Positions 7,598-17,373 are shown, counted from the stretch's first letter. The stretch: DNA of 64,000 nucleotides from an uncultured Bacilli bacterium (GCA_934085825.1 CAKOHR010000005.1:3194-67193), one strand, 5' to 3'. Translations and numbers: made by a program. The notes: a model not told the origin generated them from the letters alone.

Positions 7598-9324
7598 TGA
7601 GTAATATAACAAAAATAGTAAGTGAAAAAGCTTCGTTGATATGGAGCATAGCAGATAAATTAGTTGGTGTGTATAAACCCCATGAATATGGAGATGTTAT
7701 TCTTCCTTTGACTGTATTAAAAAGATTTGATTCTGTTTTATCTGATACAAAAGATAAAGTATTAGAAATGGCAAAAAAATATCCTGAAACATTTGCAAAG
7801 AGAGATTTTATTCTCAAAGAAACTGCAGGACAAAAGTTTTATAATACTTCAAAATATGATTTTAAAAAGTTATTAGATGATCCAGATAATATTGAAGAAA
7901 ACTTCTACAATTATATAAATGGATATTCAGATGAAGTAAAAGATATTATTAAAAACTTTGATTTAAATAAGCAAATAGAAAAAATGGCAGGAAATGGAAT
8001 TTTATATCAAGTAATAGATACATTTAATTCAGAAAAAGCAAATTTACATCCAAGTTATGTTTCAAATATTGAAATGGGATATATATTTGAAGAAATAATA
8101 AGAAGATTTAATGAACTTTCAAATGAAGAAGCAGGGCAACACTATACACCAAGGGAAGTTATCGAATTAATGGTTAATTTAATATTTGAAGATGAAGAAG
8201 ATTTAGCAGATTCTTCAAAGATAAAAACAGTATATGATGGAGCATGTGGTACAGGTGGGATGCTTACTGCTGGTATGGAATATGCAAAAAAGCTAAATTC
8301 ATCATCAAGAATGTTATGTTATGGACAAGAGTTAAATGCTCAAACATATGCTATTTGTAAAGCTGATATGTTAATTAAAGGAGAAGATTCCAATAATATA
8401 AGACATGGAAATACCTTATCTGGAGATTTATTTCCAGGTGAAACTTTTGATTATATTATAATGAATCCACCATTTGGAATTGAATGGAAAAATGAAAAAG
8501 CTGCAGTATTAAAAGAAGCAGAAAAGGGTAGTGATGGAAGATTCTCAGCAGGAACACCGGCAATATCCGATAGTCAACTATTGTTTTTACAAAATGCAGT
8601 ATCAAAAATGAAACCAGAAGGTTCTAAAATTGCAATAGTACATAATGGATCAGCATTATTTAAAGGAGATGCGGGATCAGGAGAATCTGAAATAAGAAGA
8701 TATGTTATAGAAAACGATCTATTAGATTGCATTATTCAATTACCTAATGATATGTTTTATAACACAGGAATAGCAACTTATATATGGATCCTATCAAATA
8801 AAAAACCAGGTCATAGAGTTGGCAAAGTACAATTGATAAATGCATCAGATTTTTATAATAAAATGAGAAAGAATTTAGGTAGTAAAAGAAACGAATTGTC
8901 AAAAGAACATATTGATAATATAACTAAAATATATGGTGACTTTGTTGAAAATGAATATTCAAAGATATTTGAAAATGAATATTTTGGATATCGAAAAGTA
9001 ACAGTTTTACAACCAGAACTAAATGACGATGGAACACCAAAGAAAAATAAAAAAGGAGATTATATTCCTAATAAAGAATTAACAGATACTGAAAATATTC
9101 CACTTCAAGAAACAATTGAAGATTATATGAATAGAGAAGTAATTCCATTTGCCAAATATGCTTACATTGATGACTCAAAAACAAAAATAGGATATGAAAT
9201 ATCTTTTACTAAATATTTTTATAAATATCAAGAACCACGTAAAACAGAAGATATAATGAATGAAATTCTTGAACTTGATAGAAAACTTGATGGTGTTTTA
9301 AGGGAGTTACAGAAAAATGAGTAG
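7597..9324 (+). CDS. hsdM: Type I restriction-modification system, N6-adenine DNA methyltransferase subunit
   Basis: N-terminal HsdM_N-like region, SAM motif DGACGTGGML, catalytic motif IIMNPPFG. Followed by S and R genes. Confidence 0.9.
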   Translation: MSNITKIVSEKASLIWSIADKLVGVYKPHEYGDVILPLTVLKRFDSVLSDTKDKVLEMAKKYPETFAKRDFILKETAGQKFYNTSKYDFKKLLDDPDNIEENFYNYINGYSDEVKDIIKNFDLNKQIEKMAGNGILYQVIDTFNSEKANLHPSYVSNIEMGYIFEEIIRRFNELSNEEAGQHYTPREVIELMVNLIFEDEEDLADSSKIKTVYDGACGTGGMLTAGMEYAKKLNSSSRMLCYGQELNAQTYAICKADMLIKGEDSNNIRHGNTLSGDLFPGETFDYIIMNPPFGIEWKNEKAAVLKEAEKGSDGRFSAGTPAISDSQLLFLQNAVSKMKPEGSKIAIVHNGSALFKGDAGSGESEIRRYVIENDLLDCIIQLPNDMFYNTGIATYIWILSNKKPGHRVGKVQLINASDFYNKMRKNLGSKRNELSKEHIDNITKIYGDFVENEYSKIFENEYFGYRKVTVLQPELNDDGTPKKNKKGDYIPNKELTDTENIPLQETIEDYMNREVIPFAKYAYIDDSKTKIGYEISFTKYFYKYQEPRKTEDIMNEILELDRKLDGVLRELQKNE

Positions 9325-10654
9325 AGTTTTAGTTGATAGTGGTATTAAATGGATTGGTTCATTGCCTAATACATGGAGTATTACAACTGTTAATAAAATT
9401 TTTTATCGAAGGAAAGAAGTTAATGATGTAGAAAATCCAACAGTCTTATCATTAGCTAGGGATGGAGTAAAAATAAGAGATATTTCGACTAATGAAGGGC
9501 AATTAGCAGAAAGCTATGATAATTATCACAAAGTGTATAAAGATGATTTGATGATCAATCCAATGGATTTAATAAGTGGGGCTAATTGTAGTTTGTCAGA
9601 AGTAGAGGGAGTAATAAGTCCGGCCTATATTAATTTAGCTAAAAAAGGAAATATATATCCAAAATATTATGATTATTTTTTCAAATATCAGTATTGGATA
9701 AATGCAATGTTTATACATGGAAAGGGAGTATCATTTGACAATAGATGGACATTAAATTGGGAAACAATGTCTAGTTACAAATTACCATTACCTTCATTTG
9801 AAGAACAAAAAAAAATAGCAAATTATCTTGATAAGCAAAGTGCTAAAATAGATGAAATAATTAGAGATAATAACAAAGAAATTGAGCTATTAAATGAATA
9901 TAAATTAAGTGAAATAGAAAAATCAATTTTTAAAGGCCTAAACGAAAACGAACAATATATTGAATGTAGAAAAAAATGGGTTGGAAAAATGAATAGTAAA
10001 TATGAATTAATTCCAATTAAATATTTAAAAAGTAAGAAGAAAAATGCTTTTGTTGATGGACCTTTTGGATCTAATTTAAAATCTGAACATTTTATAGACA
10101 ATGGTGATGTCTATGTTATCGAAAGTGGTTTTATCTCAACTGGAAAGTTTATTTTTAAAGATTTTAAAACAATATCTAATGAACATTTTGAAACTATAAA
10201 AAGAAGTGAATGTAATGAAAAAGATATAATAATTGCAAAAATAGGTGCTAGTTATGGGATGTGTGCAGAGTTGCCATACTTAGATAAAAAATCTGTTGTA
10301 TCGGGGAATTCACTTAAAATAACATTGGATAACAATAAAATATTAAACGAAATTTTTGTAAAGGAAATGCAAATTGCAAAAAATAAAGGTGGTTTTCTTG
10401 AACTTGTAAACGAAACGGCTCAACCAGCGTTGTCTTTAAGCGGATTAAACAATTTTAAGCTTGTAGTTCCTCCGATGGAAGAACAGGTAATAATTGTAAA
10501 AGAAATAAATCGAATTGAAACAAAAATAGATGAAGTTATTAAATACAGAAGAAATATTATTAATAGTTTAGAAGAATATAAAAGATCACTTATTTATGAA
10601 TGTGTGACAGGAAAAAGAGAGGTGCAGTATGGAAACTCAAGAAAAGAATTTTGA
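9317..10654 (+). CDS. hsdS: Type I R-M specificity subunit
   Basis: Two target-recognition halves, each followed by a conserved helical spacer (LPSFEEQKKIANYLDKQSAKIDEII and PPMEEQVIIVKEINRIETKIDEVI). Overlaps hsdM by 8 nt. Confidence 0.9.
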   Translation: MSRVLVDSGIKWIGSLPNTWSITTVNKIFYRRKEVNDVENPTVLSLARDGVKIRDISTNEGQLAESYDNYHKVYKDDLMINPMDLISGANCSLSEVEGVISPAYINLAKKGNIYPKYYDYFFKYQYWINAMFIHGKGVSFDNRWTLNWETMSSYKLPLPSFEEQKKIANYLDKQSAKIDEIIRDNNKEIELLNEYKLSEIEKSIFKGLNENEQYIECRKKWVGKMNSKYELIPIKYLKSKKKNAFVDGPFGSNLKSEHFIDNGDVYVIESGFISTGKFIFKDFKTISNEHFETIKRSECNEKDIIIAKIGASYGMCAELPYLDKKSVVSGNSLKITLDNNKILNEIFVKEMQIAKNKGGFLELVNETAQPALSLSGLNNFKLVVPPMEEQVIIVKEINRIETKIDEVIKYRRNIINSLEEYKRSLIYECVTGKREVQYGNSRKEF

Positions 10655-13613
10655 AGAAACCATTGAAAAATATTTAGTTACTAAAGGTGGATATCATATT
10701 AGTGATGGATTAGGGTATGATAGGTTAAAAGGATATAATCCAAAAGTATTAATTGATTTTATTGCATCTACTCAAAATAAAAAATGGATGAAATTAATGT
10801 CTATCCATGGTGAATATACTAAAGATTATTTCTTAAAAAAAGTCGAAGAACAAATAAAAGAACATGGTTTACTTTCTACTTTAAGAGATAAAATTAAACT
10901 TGATGGTATGGAATTTAGATTAGTATTCTTTAAACCAGAAACATCAATGAATCCTGAATTAGAAGAATTATATTCTGGTAATATATTAGAATGTGTAAGA
11001 CAATTACATTATTCTATGGATAATGAAAATAGTGTTGATATAACATTATTTGTTAATGGATTTCCAATTGTAATAATGGAATTAAAAAATCAATATACAG
11101 GACAAGATATAAATAATTCAATTCATCAATTTAAATTTGATAGAGATCCAGAAGATCCAATATTTAGATTTAATGAGAGAAGCTTAGTATATTTTGGCGT
11201 TGATTTGTTTGAATGTGTAATGACTACTAAACTTGCTAAAGGTGGTACATATTTCTTACCCTTTAATCAAGGATCTAATGGTGCTGGAAATGTTGGTGGC
11301 GCAGGTAATCCAAATAATCAAGACGGATTTGGAACAGCATATTTATGGGAAAAAGTTTTATGTAAAGATTCTTTATTAGAAATATTACAAAAATATATGC
11401 ATTTAGATTATGAGCCAACAAAATCATGGAAAACAGGAAAAATGATATTTCCTAGATATCATCAATTAGATGCTGTAACAAAGCTTGTTGCAGATGCTAA
11501 GGAAAATGGTAGTGGTAAAAATTATTTAATCCAGCATAGTGCAGGATCAGGAAAATCAAATTCAATAGCATGGCTTGCATATAGACTATCTTCACTACAT
11601 GATGATAATGACAATAAAGTATTTGACTCAGTAATCGTTGTAACAGATAGAAAAGTATTAGATAGCCAATTACAAAATACAATTTATCAGTTTGATCACG
11701 TACCAGGAACGGTAGTTAAAATAGATAAAGGAAAGACTTCAAAAGATTTATTAGAAGCAATTAATGATGGTAAAAAAATAATAATTACTACATTACAAAA
11801 ATTCCCAAGAATATATACAGAAATAAATAGTGTAGATAAGAAATTTGCTGTTATAGTTGATGAAGCACATTCTTCTCAAACTGGAGCAAGCGCTTCCAAA
11901 TTAAAAGAAGGATTAGGAAATATTGAAGAAGTATTAGAAGAATATGCTCGAAGTGAATTGTCAGAAGAAAACAATAGAGTAGAAGATGATGACCTTTTAA
12001 TGAATGAGTTGGCTTCTCATGGAGATCATTCTAATATGTCATTCTTTGCTTTTACTGCAACACCAAAAGATAAGACATTACAAATATTTGGAACTAAATA
12101 TCCGGATGGTAGTTATAGACCATATCATGTATATTCAATGCAACAAGCAATTGAAGAAGGATTTATTCTTGACGTACTTAAAAATTATATGACATATGAT
12201 ATGTATTATAAAATTGTTAAAAGTGCGGCAGAAGATCCAGAAGTTAAAACTTCAAAGGGTATGAAAGCAATAGCAAGATATGAATCATTACATCCACATA
12301 ATTTAAGCCAAAAAGCTGCAATAATGATAGAACATTTCTTGAATACAACAAGATATAAAATTGGTGGAAAAGCTAAAGCAATGGTGGTTACATCATCTAG
12401 ATTGCATGCAGTAAGATATTTAAAAGAATTTAGAAAATATATTAAAGATCATAAAATAACAGATGTTGATGTTTTAGTAGCTTTCTCAGGTGATTTAAAT
12501 GATGACGGAGAAATAGTAAGTGAAGAAAAATTAAATATTGATTATAAAGGAAATAATGAACATATTAAAGAAAATCAATTACCAAAGAGATTTAATGAAT
12601 CATATAATGTATTAATTGTTGCAGAAAAATATCAAACAGGTTTTGATGAACCTTTATTACATACAATGTTTGTTGATAAGCCTTTATATGGTGTAAAAGC
12701 AGTTCAAACTCTTTCGAGATTAAATAGAACATGTCCAGGTAAGACAGATACATTTGTACTTGATTTCGTTAATACTGCTGATGAGATTAGAGATTCATTC
12801 CAACCATATTATCAAGCTACTAATTTAACAGAAGGTGTGGATCCAAATAATGTTTATGCAATCTATAAAAGAGTAGAAGCATATAGATTGTTTTCTGAGG
12901 ACGAAGCTCTTGAGTTTGCAAAAGTATATTATAGTGGTAAGGAAGATATGTCTAAATTAAATTTCTATTTATATCCTGCTAGAAAAAAATATATGGATAT
13001 GAAGAAAGAGGATCAAAGAGAATTTAAGTCTATTCTTCAAGCATTTATTAGAAGCTATGGCTTTGTAGTTCAAGTGGCCAGAATGATGGATAAAGATATT
13101 CAAAGTAAATATATTTTCTGTAAATATCTTAATAAAACATTACCTAAAGAACATGAAACAGTAATTGATTTAGATGATAAAATTGAACTTGAATATTACA
13201 GATTAGAAAAGAAATTTGAAGGATCTATTGAATTAACTTCTGAAGAAGGAGAACTTAATCCTCCAAAGGGTATGATAGGTAAGAAGGAAGAAGAAAAAGA
13301 ACCATTAAGTGTACTTGTTGAAAAAATAAATCAAAGATACAAAACTAATTTTACAAATATGGATAAAGTAATGGAACAAATTACACAAGATTTCTTAGAT
13401 GATGAAGAAATGGTAAATCTTGCTAAGCATAACGATCCTGAGTCATTTAGAAAAGTATATAATGATGAATTTCAAAGAAAAGCATTTAAGAGATATCAAC
13501 AAAATACTGATATGTTTGAAAAGATGATGTCAGAACCAGGGTATATGGAAGACTTTATGACAAGTATGTTCAAGTTTATTTATGATAAATTAAAGAATAA
13601 AGAAGAGAAATAA
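10629..13613 (+). CDS. hsdR: Type I R-M restriction endonuclease/helicase subunit
   Basis: N-terminal PD-(D/E)xK region (DITLFVNGFPIVIMELKN), helicase Walker A SAGSGKSNS, DEAH box VIVDEAHSSQ, motif VAEKYQTGFDEP. Overlaps hsdS by 26 nt. Confidence 0.9.
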   Translation: METQEKNFEETIEKYLVTKGGYHISDGLGYDRLKGYNPKVLIDFIASTQNKKWMKLMSIHGEYTKDYFLKKVEEQIKEHGLLSTLRDKIKLDGMEFRLVFFKPETSMNPELEELYSGNILECVRQLHYSMDNENSVDITLFVNGFPIVIMELKNQYTGQDINNSIHQFKFDRDPEDPIFRFNERSLVYFGVDLFECVMTTKLAKGGTYFLPFNQGSNGAGNVGGAGNPNNQDGFGTAYLWEKVLCKDSLLEILQKYMHLDYEPTKSWKTGKMIFPRYHQLDAVTKLVADAKENGSGKNYLIQHSAGSGKSNSIAWLAYRLSSLHDDNDNKVFDSVIVVTDRKVLDSQLQNTIYQFDHVPGTVVKIDKGKTSKDLLEAINDGKKIIITTLQKFPRIYTEINSVDKKFAVIVDEAHSSQTGASASKLKEGLGNIEEVLEEYARSELSEENNRVEDDDLLMNELASHGDHSNMSFFAFTATPKDKTLQIFGTKYPDGSYRPYHVYSMQQAIEEGFILDVLKNYMTYDMYYKIVKSAAEDPEVKTSKGMKAIARYESLHPHNLSQKAAIMIEHFLNTTRYKIGGKAKAMVVTSSRLHAVRYLKEFRKYIKDHKITDVDVLVAFSGDLNDDGEIVSEEKLNIDYKGNNEHIKENQLPKRFNESYNVLIVAEKYQTGFDEPLLHTMFVDKPLYGVKAVQTLSRLNRTCPGKTDTFVLDFVNTADEIRDSFQPYYQATNLTEGVDPNNVYAIYKRVEAYRLFSEDEALEFAKVYYSGKEDMSKLNFYLYPARKKYMDMKKEDQREFKSILQAFIRSYGFVVQVARMMDKDIQSKYIFCKYLNKTLPKEHETVIDLDDKIELEYYRLEKKFEGSIELTSEEGELNPPKGMIGKKEEEKEPLSVLVEKINQRYKTNFTNMDKVMEQITQDFLDDEEMVNLAKHNDPESFRKVYNDEFQRKAFKRYQQNTDMFEKMMSEPGYMEDFMTSMFKFIYDKLKNKEEK

Positions 13614-13636
13614 GTTCGTTTTAATACGGACTTTTT
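13613..13636 (+). terminator. Weak hairpin terminator after hsdR
   Basis: AGTTCG / CGGACT (one G-U pair), 8-nt loop, then TTTTT. Confidence 0.4.
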
Positions 13637-13696
13637 GATTTGTTTAGGTAAAAAATGGTTTATTCTATGTTATAATTTATATATAGGTGATTACTT

Positions 13697-14083
13697 ATGA
13701 TGATTAAAGTAGTAGCATGTTTGATTGAAAAAGATAATAAAGTTTTCATTGCGAAACGTTCAACTGGTGATCCTAATGTTTTGGGTAAATGGGAATTTCC
13801 TGGAGGAAAGGTAGAACCTAATGAAGACGAAAAACATGCAATTGAAAGAGAAATAAAAGAAGAATTTGAATTAGAAATAAAGGCTAATAAATACTTAGTG
13901 AATAATATATGTGAATACCCTAAAAAAACTGTTGATTTGAGATTATACAGTTGTGAATATATTTCTGGTGATTTTAATCTTCATGATCATTCAGAATATA
14001 AATGGGTAGAAAAAGATAATTTATTAAATTATGATTTAGCACCTGCTGATATTCCGCTTGCTAAATATGTTAAGGAGAAATAA
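13697..14083 (+). CDS. NUDIX hydrolase (MutT-like nucleoside triphosphate pyrophosphohydrolase)
   Basis: Nudix box GKWEFPGGKVEPNEDEKHAIEREIKEEFELEI. AGGTGA RBS. Confidence 0.85.
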   Translation: MMIKVVACLIEKDNKVFIAKRSTGDPNVLGKWEFPGGKVEPNEDEKHAIEREIKEEFELEIKANKYLVNNICEYPKKTVDLRLYSCEYISGDFNLHDHSEYKWVEKDNLLNYDLAPADIPLAKYVKEK

Positions 14084-14085
14084 TT

Positions 14086-15366
14086 ATGAGTACTTTAAGA
14101 GAGATTGTTTATAATTCAGTTATTGCTATTCATAGAAGAACTGGAAAAGAGTGGATTCCACTAAAAGAAATCTATGAAGAAGTCGACAAAAATAGAGATG
14201 TAGGTATAAATAATGGTGGTGCTTCAGTAAGAGCAGCATTAGAAACACATAGTGCATTATCAGAAGCATTTTCTGGAACAGAAGAATACATTCTAAAAGA
14301 AAAAGGATCAGGTCTATATAAATCAATATATTATGATCAAATAAAATTTATAAACAATATGAATATTGGTGATGTATTTACACGAGATCAACTTATGGCA
14401 ATTTTTAAAATAAGTGGTCAGTCAGGCATAATGAAAACTAATTCATTAAACTGTTTAGTATTAACAACATCAGAAGAAAATGGTGTATATGGTGATAGTT
14501 TAGTTGAAAACGGTTTTATTACATATACTGGAGAAGGATTAACAGGAGATCAAACTATCACAAAAAACAATAAAACAATTTATGAATCAAACGAAAATGA
14601 TTTACCAATGTATTTATTCTCTAAAGATAATAATAAAAAATATATTTTCGAAGGACAAGTTAAACTATGTGCTGAACCATATCAAGTTGTAGAAAAGGAC
14701 ATAGATGGAAATGATAGACTCGTATGGAAATTTCCTTTATCAATTGTATATCCAAACGATTATAATTTTGAAAAAGATGAAAAATTTAGCGAAATAGTTT
14801 ATGAAATAACTGAAATCGAAAGCAAAGTATATTCTGACATGATTGAGGAACAAAATGATTTGGAATATAGGGAAGGTAAAATAAATATAAGAAAGTATAG
14901 GAAAACAGACAAAAAAATACAAAAAACTAAAAAGCCGGACTATATAGCTGAAGAAATCATAAAAACAAATCAGGGTATTATAAATGAGAAAGTTGTATAT
15001 GAAAATGAAATCAGGCACTTAATGGAAGAAGAAGCTCAAGAACAAGTTAGGAAAATGGAAGAATTTTTTAATAATAAAAAAGAGAATGAAGGATTTGATG
15101 TTTTATCATTTGAATTAAATGAAAATGGTGAATATGTTGAAAAATATATTGAAGTCAAATCAACAAAGGGTAATGAAGGAACACCAATTGATATTACGTC
15201 TGATGAAATAGATTTTGCAAAAAAACATATAGATAATTATTATTTGTATAGGATAATTAATAGTGAAAGTAAAGACCGTTATCTAAAAATAGTAAGAGGT
15301 AAAGATCTATTCAATAATACGGATTATAATTTTGTTCCAACAAGTTATAAAATATATTCAAATTAA
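14086..15366 (+). CDS. Putative modification-dependent (type IV-like) restriction protein: wHTH-like N-terminus, SRA/YDG-like domain, coiled coil, DUF3883-type PD-(D/E)xK nuclease
   Basis: GDVFTRDQL...SGQSGIM...ITYTGEGLTGDQTITKNNKTI fits the SAD/SRA pattern (G.F.R.eL, YTG.G, DQ, N). The C-terminus GFDVLSFE...EKYIEVKSTKG...YYLYRI fits the DUF3883 nuclease pattern. Starts 2 nt after the NUDIX stop, with an AAGGAG RBS. Confidence 0.55.
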   Translation: MSTLREIVYNSVIAIHRRTGKEWIPLKEIYEEVDKNRDVGINNGGASVRAALETHSALSEAFSGTEEYILKEKGSGLYKSIYYDQIKFINNMNIGDVFTRDQLMAIFKISGQSGIMKTNSLNCLVLTTSEENGVYGDSLVENGFITYTGEGLTGDQTITKNNKTIYESNENDLPMYLFSKDNNKKYIFEGQVKLCAEPYQVVEKDIDGNDRLVWKFPLSIVYPNDYNFEKDEKFSEIVYEITEIESKVYSDMIEEQNDLEYREGKINIRKYRKTDKKIQKTKKPDYIAEEIIKTNQGIINEKVVYENEIRHLMEEEAQEQVRKMEEFFNNKKENEGFDVLSFELNENGEYVEKYIEVKSTKGNEGTPIDITSDEIDFAKKHIDNYYLYRIINSESKDRYLKIVRGKDLFNNTDYNFVPTSYKIYSN

Positions 15367-15635
15367 AGGCCCAGAAAATTTAATTCTGAGCTTTTTAATT
15401 TGATAAAAGTAATTTTTGCTGCAATAATTATAATTCTATGAAGATCATCAACTTCAATATAACCTTTTATGCCAATTAAATCATTTTCTTTGATGTAATT
15501 ATCTAATTCTTTTTGAAAACCTTTTGAAATATTTATTCTGACAATTTGATGGTTTTCTAAACCTTCAACTTTTAAGAGTAATTCTTCATTTTCAATACCT
15601 TTAAAGCATCCTGAAATAACAACACTATTAACCAT
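15363..15635 (-). CDS. Hypothetical small protein
   Basis: ORF only, with a weak RBS at the internal Met (MVNSVVISG...). The 3' end runs through the convergent terminator. No motif recognised. Confidence 0.3.
   Translation of the reverse strand: MVNSVVISGCFKGIENEELLLKVEGLENHQIVRINISKGFQKELDNYIKENDLIGIKGYIEVDDLHRIIIIAAKITFIKLKSSELNFLGL
15369..15396 (+). terminator. Hairpin terminator after 14086..15366
   Basis: GCCCAGAA / TTCTGAGC (one mismatch), 7-nt loop, then TTTTT. Confidence 0.5.
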
Positions 15636-15734
15636 ATAATCATCCTTTTTAATAGTTGTTGTATTAATCACTTAATTATTGAGATTAGTCAAGTTATTTG
15701 TGATATAATATTAGTTAAATTTAGGGGGAATAAT

Positions 15735-16430
15735 ATGTACAAAGATATAGAAGAAATATATAAGAAAAAAAGTCCATATAACATTATTAAAAAAAGAACG
15801 TTTTGGATATATGTTATATTTATATTGATTTCATTAATATTCAATTTTTTAAACAAAGTAGTACCAATGATCTTAGTGTTTATAGCTATGTTATTAATTA
15901 TGAAAGTTGTAAGTGAAAAGGTATTAAATACAAAATTGCATTTAAGTATAGGTAAAAGAAACGAAAATGAGATAACATTACCATTTATTATTAGAAATGC
16001 TGAAAAAGAACTATTTAAAGATTACTTTATAAAAAATAATATGTATAATGAAAAAACACTTTTATGCATAATTGATCACTATAGGAATATGATTAAAACT
16101 AAAATAGTTGGAGGCAATTTGTTAGCTATATTATCAATAGCTATTCCAGCAATACTTTCATTTTATACTAAAGATGGCTTTGACTTTAATGGTTTGGCAA
16201 TTGCACTACCATATCTAGTAAGTTTTAGTTTCGTAATAATAATGTTATACTTTTCATATAGTCAATTTATAGAAGCAAAGAAATTTTTAAAAGGTGAAGA
16301 TGGTATGATTGAAAGATTAGAAGAAATATTTAGTGAATTATATATTGAATGTATTAATACAAATATTGTAGAAAAAAAGAAAAAATCTAAAAAACAAGTT
16401 AAGAAAAAAACAAAGGCATCAAAAAAGTAA
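15735..16430 (+). CDS. Hypothetical polytopic membrane protein with a Lys-rich C-tail
   Basis: GGGGGAATAATATG RBS. At least four hydrophobic segments. C-terminal KKKKSKKQVKKKTKASKK. Confidence 0.55.
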   Translation: MYKDIEEIYKKKSPYNIIKKRTFWIYVIFILISLIFNFLNKVVPMILVFIAMLLIMKVVSEKVLNTKLHLSIGKRNENEITLPFIIRNAEKELFKDYFIKNNMYNEKTLLCIIDHYRNMIKTKIVGGNLLAILSIAIPAILSFYTKDGFDFNGLAIALPYLVSFSFVIIMLYFSYSQFIEAKKFLKGEDGMIERLEEIFSELYIECINTNIVEKKKKSKKQVKKKTKASKK

Positions 16431-16702
16431 TTGATGTCTTTTTTAGGTACAATTTAGGTACAAAAATGCTAAAAAACCACGGTAAATGACGGTTTATTTC
16501 AATATAAAAAGGCCCGTATTTAAAGGGTTTAACACAATTTGGTCTCTTCTAACTGAAGAGAGCAATTAACTTATATTAACTCCTTACTTATTATGAGATA
16601 ATGTAGTTATATCAAAAATACAAAAAAAGAACATATAATATTTCTCTTTTTGTACATTCTTATCGCATCATTAATAAAGAGCCATATTTGATTAATAAAT
16701 AT

Positions 16703-16728
16703 AACAGTTTCCTATATTGGAAACTGTT
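16703..16728. terminator. Strong hairpin (10-bp stem), T-run on the plus strand
   Basis: AACAGTTTCC / GGAAACTGTT, 6-nt loop, followed by TTTTTAC..TTATTTTTTT on the plus strand. Confidence 0.5.
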
Positions 16729-16736
16729 TTTACTTC

Positions 16737-16802
16737 TTATTTTTTTCTATAATCAAAGAATTCCCAGATTATATAAGCAATAAATTTAAAAAAATTTACC
16801 AT
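16737..16802 (-). CDS. Candidate 21-aa hydrophobic peptide; not in the ORF track
   Basis: GGAGGTAAAATG on the minus strand. Translation MVNFFKFIAYIIWEFFDYRKK*. It ends 8 nt before the 16703-16728 hairpin. Confidence 0.3.
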   Translation of the reverse strand: MVNFFKFIAYIIWEFFDYRKK

Positions 16803-16927
16803 TTTACCTCCATCTATCAATAGATGCCCCTGACTTAGTCATTATATATTAGTATTAATATTTTGTAAAGTTATCTAGACAACTTTTTTAAATTGTATTA
16901 TCATAAATACATGAAAGGATTGATACA

Positions 16928-17371
16928 ATGAAAAGTAAAGTATATTTTACAAAAGAAATTACAAGTGAAAGTTTAGTTAAAATTTATGAAAGTTTAAATC
17001 ATGAACTAAAAGGTAAGGTAGCGATTAAAATCTCAACCGGTGAACCAGGTGGACATAATTTTTTTAAACCAAACTTAATTAAAGATTTAGTAAGTAAATT
17101 AAATGGTACAATCGTAGAATGTTGCACTGCTTATGCTGGAAAAAGAATGAATCCAAAAGCCCCCGAAATTGCTGATATTGGTATTTTTGCATCCCTAGAC
17201 CCAGTTGCTATAGATAAATGTTGTTACGATACTATAATGAATTTAACAGAAGAAGGAGCAAACTCACTAAAGAAGCGAATGCTTGATAAACACGCAATTC
17301 ATACCATTAATGAAGCAGAAAAACTGGGCTTAGGAACAACAGAATACGAACTAGTGAGCATAGATAGATAA
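16928..17371 (+). CDS. DUF362-like protein, apparently internally shortened
   Basis: The N-terminus KVYFTKEIT...VAIKISTGEPGGHNF and C-terminus DIGIFASLDPVAIDKCCYD...AEKLGLGTTEYELVSID match both ends of DUF362-type proteins as I recall them. The middle part (normally about 100 or more aa) is missing. Confidence 0.45.
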   Translation: MKSKVYFTKEITSESLVKIYESLNHELKGKVAIKISTGEPGGHNFFKPNLIKDLVSKLNGTIVECCTAYAGKRMNPKAPEIADIGIFASLDPVAIDKCCYDTIMNLTEEGANSLKKRMLDKHAIHTINEAEKLGLGTTEYELVSIDR

Positions 17372-17373
17372 TT

